A DNA stretch of 45,607 nt from Atractiella rhizophila (Eukaryota): the NCBI GenBank assembly GCA_021432655.1, contig MU271550.1, positions 1 to 45,607 of the forward strand. Direction: 5' to 3'. Made by a program: the position numbers and the translations under genes. Under the pieces are notes generated by a model that worked only from the letters and a program-made list of their open reading frames with translations, was not told the DNA's origin and ran no database searches. Positions 24,827 to 35,988 of this stretch are shown here, piece by piece (positions within the stretch are counted from its first letter, which is position 1; each line of letters opens with the position of its first letter).

Positions 24827-26984
24827 TTACAGCTTGCAGAGTTTCGCTGTGAGGATGGTGGGTTGTGCTCCTTCGAACGCAATTCGATACTATCAGGAGT
24901 AAATCGATAGCTCCTTTCTATTGAATGGCTTTACTCACGATGGCATCAAAAAGTGGGTATCCATCGATCCGCTTTTTCTCCTCCAGAAACGAATGGATCT
25001 CCTGCAGCGTCTGGATCCCTTGCAGTTTCTGTCCATTAAGCATATCTCGTTCGATGTCTTCCCACGACTTGTAATGCCATCACGTCAGATCAACAGACGT
25101 TAGATGCAAGGCATGCACACCTTTTTTGACTTGATGAATTCGGAAGCGCAATGGTAATTTCGTCCTCCCATACACGACGTGATGAGGTCCGCGACTCCTG
25201 CGCTCTCTTCTGTAAATGTCTCAGCCTTGACTCCTTCGAAAAACTCCATGGAGAACTTTTTCATCTCCAGTAAGCCTGATCCCACAAGCAATTCGTCAGT
25301 CTCAGCAACATTTCAAAGCTACATGGGGCAGAGACTCGCCGATACGCATAATAGCTGCTTTTGAATTATTCCCCCATCCTATTCCATCAACAAATCCCGC
25401 CGCCATAGCTGATCATCAAGTCAATTAGACACTAAATCTGCTTTGGAATGGTGCACCCACCGACAACGTTCTTCAGTGCTCCTCCGAGAGAAACGCCGTG
25501 AACATCTTCGATAGTGCTAATACTGAACGTCTCAGTCTGAAATAGTTCCGCCCACATCCTTTGATTGCTTCATCAGTCCTCGTTCGTAAGTCGGACTAAT
25601 GCTCACTTCGCCTCATGTTCGCCCCCTGGACGATAGCCAATGGTCGTTTCGCAAAAGCTTCCAGATGCGACTTCACACCGCACAAATGAATGGGTGAAAT
25701 TGTTTAGTCAGGGGAGAACATACCTTCATTTGCTATGTTTGCGCCAGATAAAGCGCAACATGGGATACCAAGCTTGCTCTCAATCACGTCTGCGTAGATC
25801 TTTATCTGGCCCTCTTGTACGTCCACTCCCTGGAGCGTCACACTAAGAACACAGAGAGCATAGCATGAAAGCATATACGCACCTTAATGAGAGAGATGCC
25901 CTTCACGCTATCTTTAAATTTGCCTTTCAATTGGTCGCAGGTTTTGTCGATGAACTACTCCTCATAAGACGCTGCATTAGGGAAGGATTGCGAAACGTAC
26001 TTGGTGGGGAAGGACGAAAATGAGTGCAGTTCCTCCTTCCACAGCTTTCTCAATATCCGGCTCCGCAATCACATTTTCGGGCAGAGTGAATCCAGGCAGA
26101 TATTTCACGTTCTCGTGCTTTTCATTGATGAGCTTCGTCAGTGGTTGTCCGTCTACCTGTTTCCAACATGTTTCAGTTGTGGTGTTGAACGGAGGAAATG
26201 ACGAGGGAGACGAACCTGCTCTTCAAACACCCACATTGGCACTTGCGGCTCGTACCGGTCAGAGAATTTGGAAACATTCTCCCCGACTATTTTGGCGATT
26301 GCGCTGCCCCTGTTGGATGTTTGCGTCATAAAGCATTATGTGGAAGACTCCATGGCATACCAGTTTCCGGAACCTGCAGAGCTATTGTCAGTGCTTCGAA
26401 CATCACGACAATGCAAAGAATCCCTTTATGAAAGGGCACTGGACGGTTGATGTTACACGCTTGTGGGGGACAAAATGTAAAGGAGTAAACCTGCCTGGCG
26501 CATTAGGCACAGCTGCAGAGGGTAAGCTGCAAGGCAGCGACTGGCAGTCAAATGACAACGTAACATTTTACTGCGTTGCCTGGCTACCTATCTCTATTAG
26601 GTAGCATTGAATCATAGCTTTTCGGCAACAAGACATGGCACATGTTCTTGCTGGGCACGTCCAGGAAGAAAAACGTCACGTAGGTGCCTTACGACCAGAA
26701 CAGGCAAAAAGGCCATAATTCTTCCGTGTAGTATATGAACACACATACATTCACCCTAGACAGATAACAGCAAGCAGAATACTGACCTACAATCACCACC
26801 TTCTCCTTCTTCCCAACAGTTTCTCGCCCTACGTAATACATCAAAAAACATTATTCCTGCTCCATAACTTGCCCAAAAACTTGCCAACTGATGAAGACAT
26901 GGCGAATCTTGGAGTGTACACAGTTCTGCACGCTAGTCTGCTTGCAGAAAGTATTCGAGCTGAGTTTCCTGGTCTTAAAAGCAT
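24827..26984 (-). CDS. GPD1: NAD-dependent glycerol-3-phosphate dehydrogenase (two in-frame ATGs: 26984 and 26900)
   Basis: Spliced product: [112 protein letters not shown]; ends TAKLCKL*. Confidence 0.95.
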
Positions 26985-27953
26985 TCGTCGTTTTCAACTT
27001 CTATCTGCTCCGGCATATCGCGTATCCGCCAACTTCAACGCTTCCGTCTCCTCCCGTGCTCTTTATCGTTCGCGAGTGGATTTGTAGACCACACAAGCTC
27101 TCAAGCTGAGAAGGAAACTTCTGGCACAAGTTGCAAACTCAGGTGTGTACTCCATCACGATGAGCTGCAAGCGGAAAGGTTTAAGTCGTTACCCTGGATT
27201 GCTGCAACTACTGTCCATCGAGATGATGGCCTCTGTTGCTCTGGTGTACTGGACGAATTTCCTTACTTTACTTCTACCTCACTGTATGCAGAAGCTATGG
27301 AGGAGCTCCCACAACCAAATGCCTGATTGAGAGGCAGGCGTAGGCGTCTTTCAAACCGTTGTGCCCAAACGTTGCATATCACGTTTCTCTTTTCGATTTG
27401 TATTATTTGTTTGGGAAAGCTGGCAATGCATTTGCTGGAGACCGTTTCTTTCTAGCACGCCGCGACCACAAAGAAAGATTAAACAAGAGCAGTCGGTGAC
27501 TTCTTTTGTCAGAAGTGAGAAGAAACGATGCTGTCATACTTGGTTTCACAAAGCCAACAAGCTGGTCCAACACAGGTCACAGAGAGGGTTGAGGTCCTGC
27601 TCTTTTTCGTCAATTCCGTTCGCTCAGCGATTGTTACAATCATAGATGTTCCCCAACTCAGAATATGCTACGCGCGAATGCTACGCACGACTCGGAGAGC
27701 ATCTGCAGTGTTTTCAGTTACTCACTTTGTTGCTCTGAAGTGTCGCACTCCACCCAGTACCCAACACTGTCTCGCCTGGCGGACTCCACCTGATTGTGAC
27801 TTCGGCCGCAACACAGTAGGTTGCGTGATTTCTTGCCACACCGTCGAGATGAGATAAGCCCGCGTGGCTCACCCACCCAAAATTCTAAAGGGCACTGACC
27901 TTTCCTGCCGCCTCCTCTCTGTTCTATTTCTCAAGAAAAGAAGATTCCACAAG

Positions 27954-29430
27954 ATGGTACTTGGCTACCCTACAGTTTCACTCGAACTGCCAGTCCCAGG
28001 GATTTACATCCGACCTTCTCTAAATTTCGATGCTCCGTCCAATGACACCGTGTACAAGGCCAAACTCATTTTGAGCCTTCCCAAGGCAAGGTGAGTCGTG
28101 TCGTTATGATTTTTTCGACTCTTGATGGAGGGATATAGGACAATGCCTGAAATTTCCATCACTCTCAAAGGACAGGGAATGATCGCTATGGAGCCCCGTG
28201 CGCCAGCCTTTTGATCGCAATTGTGAATCTGATCCATTAACCTCTAGTTGTTGAGGACTTCAAAACCATTGACAAAGAAGTTTGCCTTCCGAAAAGTTCA
28301 GACGTCTTGGAAGCTGGTGATCATGTGTAAGTTTGTATCTGCCTGTCTTCATGGCTACATAACTCGCTGGCATGGTATCATTCAAGCTTCGAATTCTCTT
28401 TTATCGTACCAGCAAATTCCACTCCATACGACCGAGGTCAATACGGAAGAGTGATGCAGAAGATAACGGCTACAGTCAAAGGCGTCGGAATGTTGGGATC
28501 GAACATCACTGCTGAGAAGCAAGTGTTTATTGTCGTCAACCCAACACCGGAGCACGAAACGCCTACTGGATTAGCTATCGAAGTTCAAGACGTGCACGAA
28601 GATGTTGGGGTATGTCTCCAGACTTTCCTAAAAGAGCATATATAATGTCAATCCTGAACTCTTAGCCGTACCTCATCACTGCAACATCACGAAACATGAT
28701 GATATCGGGTATCATCGTACTCGGGTTCTCCCTTGCCACTCCACCTAAGAGAATGGAGATCTTCTCTATTACTTGGTCCATTGTCCAAACGTACCATTTG
28801 AAGTTTCCGAAGAGCAAGAAAGAATTCGATCCGTCACCCCAGAAGCTGGTGATCTGGCGGGTGAACAAAGACGGCTCTCCCAATTCTATTCCGAAAGAAC
28901 CCTACGTAGTTCTTGAAGCTGGGCAGGGGCTAAATCTGTTGGAGAAGAAGCGGCTACCAAATGACAACAAAGTTCGCCCTTCTACATTTCCAGGCTCAGA
29001 TACTCCTATCAACGTCCGCCATCATCTGCTTTTTGAATGTCAGTATGCACTAGATGGGAAACAAAGAAGGGTTCTCGAACTGCGAAAACCCATCGATATC
29101 GCCTCTGTAGGTTGATTCAACTTCTCGGATAGGACAGCTGTCTGAACTTGAAACAGTGCTGTGTGATCTTGGACGACTCGCTCCATCTTCCAGAGTATCA
29201 TGAGGATGACATCCATGTTCCATCCAAACCAGATGGTTGCCTCTGCTTGCTGGATGAGCGTATATTATTCTTTTTATCTCCGCAAGAACAGTCCTGATAC
29301 CATTATAACAGGCGCGATGGCTAAACAGTACCGACATGAAGTGGAAGCAGAGCTTCACGACATCGGAAGCCCTGCTCATGCCCTACCGAAGTATGAGTAC
29401 GAGTGTACCGTCGCAAATCCAACCGTATAA
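27954..29430 (+). CDS. Arrestin-fold (alpha-arrestin-like) protein; 3' end uncertain
   Basis: Spliced beta-rich product: ..DTVYKAKLILSLPKAR..EISITLKG..LEAGDH-FEFSFIVPANSTPYDRGQYGRVMQKITATVKG..; SITWSIVQTY; RLPNDNKVRPST..TPINVRHHL; IAS-CCVILDDSLHLPEY; ALPKYE. Confidence 0.65.
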
Positions 29431-30508
29431 AGGCTACGTGGGAGCCTATCTTGGTACGTTTCCGGCTAACCCAGGTGTTGGATGATGATTTCTGTTCTCT
29501 GCTGCTCTTGATATATAACGTTCAAAGATATCTTGGTGTGCAAAAGATTGACTAATATTCCAGAAAAGAACATAAAGTCGAACTACACCACCCTCAAATA
29601 ACGAGGCAGCAGAGAAAAGAAACTAATCAATCGCACACCATCCACATCGACATCTGCTTCTTCAAACCACTTCACTTCCGTGACCAACGACACCAAACAT
29701 GACCTGAGGACGAGGTGAGAGTTAAAGAGAGGGGGTAACGCGATCAGAACATCCAAAAGGAACTCTGGATAAAGGAAGCATGAATACAAACACCACTGAA
29801 TGAAGACCTTCAAAAAGATACAAAGCAATGAGTCAACGTTCGAAAAAGAAGATGAAAACAGCCTTTCGAAAATGAAATGGTGTGTAAAGGGGTAGATATA
29901 ACTTGCGTAATACATTGATTGTATAATGCAAATAGCTTAATACTGCTCTTGATGAGGATGCATTGGACGTAAAAAATGTTTCGGATCAAGGGGAAGATCA
30001 AAAGACTGTGAAAGTATGGTTTCCGTTATGAGGGATATGGGAGACAGACTGTGAATGCTGCTGGCTAACGCGTCTCCAAGCATTAAACCGAAAAGAGTGA
30101 TAAACACAAAGACGGAGGGAAATCAAAGAGAATAAAACGATGTTTAATCTTGACGAGGTCTCCCACTGAACCCACGGAGAACAGAATCACTTCTTTCATC
30201 AGGGAGCAGTACACAAGCAAATATATATGTGGCGAGAGGGACAAGTGAAGAGGCCAGACAGGGGAACGCGGAAAGGGAATTCCTGAACAATTTCGGATTC
30301 TTCTTAGTCGTTTACTGAGATGTAGCTATCCTTTTGAAGAGACTTCTTCGACCCGATTCGAGATTTGATCACAGATGAATAGACAAAACAAAGTTGGAGT
30401 TCCGGGAAAAGTTCGATCGCGCTTGAGAGACAGGAGAGCATGAAGGTGGTCAATGGATGGAAATAGGTCGTTTGAATATCGGGGCCAAGGAGTGAAGATC
30501 TTGCTGCT

Positions 30509-32628
30509 TTATGATTGAGCGGCGACGCCGGAAGGCGCTCGGCCTCTTCCTGCTACGCTGCCCCCTCTTCCAAGAGGACCGCCTCTTCCTCGACCGGCCG
30601 GTGGGGCTCCAGAAGCACGAGTGGAGTTCTGATTGCTAGTTTCGGAGGCATCGGTAATCTGAGCAACTGGCGTCGAGGACTTGCTTGGTGTCTGATTTTG
30701 GGACCTCGACCTTTGTGAGTCGCGAGCGGGACGTGCTTCAGCGGCCCCGCCGATGACGGGAGCAACGTAGAGCTTGGGATCAATGGTGGCAGGGATAGGA
30801 CTAATTTCTGTTCCAAGCTCCTGCTCTATGCGATAGAGGTTGAATCTGTCTTCGTAGGTGATCAAGTTGATGGCAAGACCCAAGTGACCAAATCGACCGG
30901 AACGACCAACACGATGTAAGTAGGTTTCAGCGTTCTTCGGAAAGTCGAAAGAGATAACGACGTTGACAGCTGGGATATCAATACCGCGAGTGAGGAGATC
31001 TGTGACTGAAGGTCAATGCCAGCAGAAAAAGATAGGGAGAACGAGCCTGAGCATACGAGATTCCTGCATACACCACCCCTGAAGTCGTGAAAGACTCTGT
31101 TGCGGTGCGCTTGGAGCATTTTCGCGTGCGAATAGAAGCAAGAATATCCCAGTTCCGTGATTTTCTTCGCGAGAAGCTCCACTCTGTTGGTAGAGTTACA
31201 GAAGATAATTGCTTGGTTGATTTGCAGCTGCCGTACGCCAAGTAAATCAATGCGCAGTTATAAAGACATAAGACTCGCACCTTTCCAAAAAGAGTGTTCA
31301 GGCAGTGCACCTTCTGTTTTTCTTCCAGAAAAGCGTAATATTGCGTGACACCCTTCAAAGTCAGCTCGTCCATTAGATTAATTTCGTATGCTTTGTTCAT
31401 GAATTTATCCTGCAAAGCGTTGTCACCACCTCCATGCCTCGTTGGAGTTCAGTTCTCCCACCTTGAAATCTTTCACCACCACGGGGAAAGTAGCGCTGAA
31501 GAGCATGACTTGTCTGTCTTTATGAAGCATTTCCAACAAACTTTGCATGATGGGTTCAAATTCGGGGCTGAGAAGCTTGTCGGCTTCGTCCATAACGAAG
31601 GTTTTACATTCCGAAAGATCTGCGATCCCTTTGCTAGCCAAATCGAGAATTCTACCAGGAGTCCCGACAATGACGTGGACCGTTTCTTGTAATCGTAAAA
31701 TGTCGTCTCGCAAGGTTGTTCCGCCGGTTGTGACCATCACCTGAACAGAGGGTTGCATGTGTTTCGATAGATTCTTGCACACTTGGGAGGTTTGAAGCGC
31801 AAGTTCTCGAGTTGGGACGAGGAGAAGAGCCTGGATACGTGGTATGGAAGGATTAAGCTTCTCGAGCGTTGGAATGACGAAAGCAGCTGTCTTTCCTGTT
31901 CCGTTCTTGGCACTACAGGGTTACGATGAACAAGCATCTAATTGGACTTCAAGTGCAAGCGTACCGGGCTAGGAGGTCTCGGGACGTAAGGGCAATCTGT
32001 AACTAGATTTAACAGGCTACTGAAGAGATGATCGAGCAGCTTACAGGAACTACAATCACGTCCACTTTATCAGCGAGGGTTGGAAGATGATGGAAAGGTA
32101 CACACTAGCTTCCTCCTGAATAGGTGATGGCTTTTCAAAACCAGCCTAAGATCATTCCTCAGGTTTCTGAATCATAGACATGGACTGTCAAACCTCAAAG
32201 ATCCCCACTGTCGATCGGATCGGTCAGAACTGCCAAATGAAGGACGAGGGGAGAACGAACTCAATAACTCTCTCTTCAAGTAATAGTCTTCAAACTGCCC
32301 CAGCCTTCAGAACAGCCCCATCTCAAAACTGAAGACAACTAACTGTGTTTCCTTTGGTTTTAAGCACGTCCTGTGCGCCACACGCGTCGGTCCCATTCCG
32401 GTTATATCCACATGATCAAAGTTACGCACGTCAGTCTGTGGCCTCTCATCCTTTGGAGGTAGGTTCAGCTTTGCTTTCCAATCACTTTGATTGTTGCTAG
32501 TTGGGGTTCGAGACTCGCTCGAATTTTGCCTCTTTCTGAAATGTCGAGAAAACGGTCAGTTTCCACTGGCTTTGAAATAGAGAATAAGGAACACACATTC
32601 CGTTCGATGGCCCAGCAGAATTGGACAT
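30509..32628 (-). CDS. DHH1: DEAD-box RNA helicase Dhh1/DDX6 (Ste13)
   Basis: Motifs [133 protein letters not shown]. Confidence 0.97.
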
Positions 32629-32996
32629 GTTGTTTATTGCTCTTCTGCTCTTTGAAGTAGGTGGGTCAGAAACGGTGGGATTTGATAGGGGAGATACTGA
32701 TAAAGGCTGGGGGAGGCAGTGGAAAAGATGATGGAGGAGTAAGGCTTTGTTTAGGCACGCTTTGAAAAGCTTTGAAAGTTTCGAAGGTGTTTGATCTCGC
32801 TCTGGTGGTCGAACTGCTGGGTTTGCTGGGTTTGTGCAAGAAGATCTCCACTGCCAGGGTCCGAAAGCTCCGCCCGCCGTTCCAATTTCAATGTATTGAT
32901 GGGCAAGATTTCGCGTGTTACTTTCCTCATTTCTTTGTCTACACCGTATGGTAATAAATGTCCAGGGACACAGTACATGTTGATTATGTATGAGAG

Positions 32997-34861
32997 TTAA
33001 AACAAATCTCCGCCAAAGTCCTCATCAGGGTCATCGTTTTCAGCAATCTCAGCTTGGAGCTCTCTCGCTCTTTCCTGAGCCTCTTCTACACTCTCCAACT
33101 CTTTCTTATGAGCATTAAGCGGGTAACGCATTGCCTGTCAATATCTGCGTCAGTATACGCTAAAGAACAACAGGAAGGAAACAAACTTTGACACTGTCGT
33201 TGTGCAATTTGAGACAGAATTTGATCCTCTCATCGAAAGCCCTTGCGGGTTCGTAAGTCGAATAGATGTCCTTCCCACCCTGCCTCCTCACCATCCACCC
33301 TTTCTCATGATCAATCTCCACATCAACGACTCCATCCCGGATGGCTTTCGCAACCACGTATTCTGCATCTTCCTCTGAATCCAGCTTCAACTTTTGAGAG
33401 ACTTCTGCAAGCGGGATTCGAGAGTAGGAAAGAGAAATTGTGCGGAGTGCGGTTTTGATGACAGTGTGGCGCAGACGAAGGATGAGGGTGAGATTAGAAT
33501 CAGCGCTAAATCTTGCAGAATGAGTCTCCACAGTCGAGTTGAACAGATCAACATCTCCAATCCTCACAGCTGAACACTAGGTCAAAAGATGCATGATCAT
33601 GAAAAGCAGAAAGACGTACGAGGAACGATGTCGAAATATGGCAGCAGGGCTTTCTTCAGCACAGGTTGCCTGAAGATGCTTCTTTCGGGAATGTCTCCCA
33701 TAAGCAGCTCAACAACGATGAAGAGTTTATAGACGGTCTGAAGGAATCCAGGTGCGTTTGCAGGCGGCGGTGCTCTCCTGATACTTTGCTGTAGATTGGA
33801 GTGAGCCTCCGAATAGTTCAGTTGGACGGCACGGATACGACCAGTGTAGTATAGGTACCGAGCAAGTTGGGGATTCCGCGCTCTGTCAATCGGGAAAGAG
33901 GATTTGGAGATCAAGAGGTCTGCTTGGTCGTATAGGGAGAAGAGGAGGTAGTTCCGAAGCAGGAGATTTGTCAGGGTTGCCTAGTTCGGCTGAATCAGCA
34001 ATTGACATCAAGAGAAGCGTTAGGACTTACCTGTGAGTCCTCGTCACCTCGTAGCGTTGCTGTCCGCAAGCCTTTGAGAAGAACGGGTCGGACGTCTTCG
34101 AGCGCTTTTTGCATGCTTGTATCTCCGTCTTCTTTGGCTTTGTTCGTAATTAATTCGACGCAACGGACATAGTAAAAGTAGACGCGGGCTTGTAGCTGGT
34201 CCAGAGAACGGAGAGAAAGCGACTGTAGTTGAGTGAGCAACAAGAGCGTGAGACTATGAGCCTAGAGCGCTACTTAGTATTTCAGAATGTAACTCGTCTA
34301 CAACGCACCTTTCTAATTTCTTCCCTATCGAGCAAGTAGATAACGACGAGGAGGGAGATGAAGATGTCGCCGTCCGGCGAAAGCCTGATATCTTCTGTGT
34401 TCCCTGCCGTCTTGGATGCTTTTGAACTGTCTTCAACATCCATTTCGGCATCTACATCAAGCAGGCTCAAAAGCTCTTGTTTCCGTTGTCCTTCGTCTAA
34501 TTAGGACCTTAACAACAAACCCAATGGAGTAAACCCAAGAGAGGACCCACGTTTCGCATACGTCTGCTCCACGACATCCTTTAGTTCCTTGCCGCCTCCG
34601 TCTTTTCCAAGCCTCCTCCTCAAACCAGGCAGGGTTCGAAGGACGCGTGTCGTAAACCGTGGCTCCAACAGGGAGCTAGCCTGCTCTAGCAGAGCAAGCG
34701 AAGCTTTGATTTCTATTTCGTGTTTGGTTAGATGCAGCCATGCTTCAGAGAGGTTGCGAACCAGTTATGAGCGCTGGAGGTGCTGGGGTCGCTGGTTGTT
34801 CTTCCTTTGAAGACGACACATCCTTCATTTCCACCTCTTTTGTCTTTTGCTCTGTAGACAT
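32997..34861 (-). CDS. RPN3: 26S proteasome lid subunit Rpn3 (PSMD3)
   Basis: Motifs [40 protein letters not shown]...[66 protein letters not shown]. Confidence 0.97.
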
Positions 34862-35185
34862 CTTCGTAACAGTTGTCAGAAGCTGGAATATTTCCTGGAT
34901 GTCGTTTTGTGGTCAGGCTAAGGTGACGCGTCGTGAGATCTTCGAATAGGGTTAGGGGACGAGGCACTGATTGACAACACAAAGCAAAGTTAAGTTCACA
35001 AATTTTTCCACCACCTCAAACCACCAAAGAATAGAAACAATGGAGTTTGCGTTTTCCTCAGATATACAATGAATACGCGACGATTTATGCAGTGTCCTGG
35101 TGCTTGTGAGTTCTTAAAATTCCAGCTTTAGAGCGAAACGGTGAGGAAGTCGGCTCATTCGAAGCCACGTCTAGTCGATCCCTGT

Positions 35186-35324
35186 CTCCTTTTGGTGAAA
35201 GGTTGATCCATACTTTTCGTGGTCAAAATGATTATAAAAAGCCAAGATTGAAAAGTCCTTCATAAGGTCGCAGTCTTCTGCGCTTAGCGGTCAGATTTCA
35301 GCATCACCCAGGGGGAGTACATTT
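35186..35324 (+). ncRNA. Candidate structured intronic RNA (H/ACA-like)
   Basis: Closing stem CTCCTTTTGGTGA (35186-35198) / TCACCCAGGGGGAG (35304-35317), followed by tACAttt. ANANNA-type ATAAAA at 35234-35239 and several internal hairpins. No convincing target pocket identified. Confidence 0.35.
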
Positions 35325-35410
35325 GTTCAGTGGAAATTATTGGCTGCACTTCGCATCAAGTGTATAGGTTGCTGGTGAGTCTATTTCTTTGAGTTTTTGT
35401 TTTCAAGAGA

Positions 35411-35529
35411 CGGTGTGAAGGATGAATTGCGACCGCCAATTTTCGCATCAAACCTCTGCCTCTGGTAGAGCTTGAGATGTCCTCTAGGACAAAGATGAAG
35501 GATTATTCATAGTTACTCTGATAACATTG
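35411..35529 (+). ncRNA. snR63: Box C/D snoRNA, snR63/U46-like guide for LSU rRNA helix 69 Am (yeast A2256)
   Basis: TCATAGTTACT (35507-35517) lies directly before box D CTGA (35518-35521). It is the exact complement of conserved LSU AGUAACUAUGA, and the D+5 rule points to the second A of UAAC. Box C variant AGGATGA at 35419-35425; terminal stem CGGTGT/ACATTG. Confidence 0.8.
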
Positions 35530-35988
35530 TTTTCTTATGTGCCTGAGTTTTTCGAAAGATATGAGTGCTGATATATCTTGCTTAGGTATGGCCTGTCGAC
35601 GAGAATTCCCAGGTCAATGAAGTTTATGAAATAGATATTTGACAATGGCCAACACGTACCTTGTGTCTCGTCCCTCGCGGACGGCACGCATGGTTAAAAA
35701 TTAAGTGACCAATACATCAACTGAACTAGAAAGATAGTGTACACTAACTGCTCAAAAGACCTATGTTCCAGTCTGAATGCCTGGGAAATTATAAGAGTAG
35801 CATATCATTAGAAATTACTGTAACTCCCAGACGTAGGCCCAATCTACCTGAATCCAGTTCCTCTTCATCAGTCAGACCACCAGTCATGCACTTTTTTAGT
35901 AACCCTGACCCTACATCGCGATCAGGAACACGTCCAACATCTCTCCTTACTTCCCTTCATTTGCTCTATTTTCTCATAATCTGTCAAC

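Larger units (their letters stand above)
35069..35634 (+). ncRNA. Putative non-protein-coding snoRNA host gene (two long introns separated by a 7-nt exon); ends approximate
   Basis: GTGAGT 35106..TATAG 35367 (262 nt), exon GTTGCTG 35368-35374, then GTGAGT 35375..CTGAT..CTTAG 35585 (211 nt). The spliced exons give only a 30-codon ORF. Confidence 0.6.

Noticed and set aside
27100..27950. Short ORFs between GPD1 and the arrestin-like gene
   Set aside because: No recognisable motifs or consistent splice pattern. Divergent promoter region.
29583..30500. Hydrophobic minus-strand ORFs downstream of DHH1
   Set aside because: T-rich sequence consistent with a long DHH1 3' UTR.
35004..35012. PACE-like GGTGGAAAA upstream of RPN3
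   Set aside because: One mismatch to the yeast Rpn4 site, and the motif's relevance in this lineage is not established.
35140..35330. RNase P/MRP, U3 or snR30 identity for the host intron-1 RNA (GAGGAAGTC, GAAAAGTCC)
   Set aside because: No matching CR-V/P4 partner, no U3 boxes and no snR30 m1/m2 motifs.
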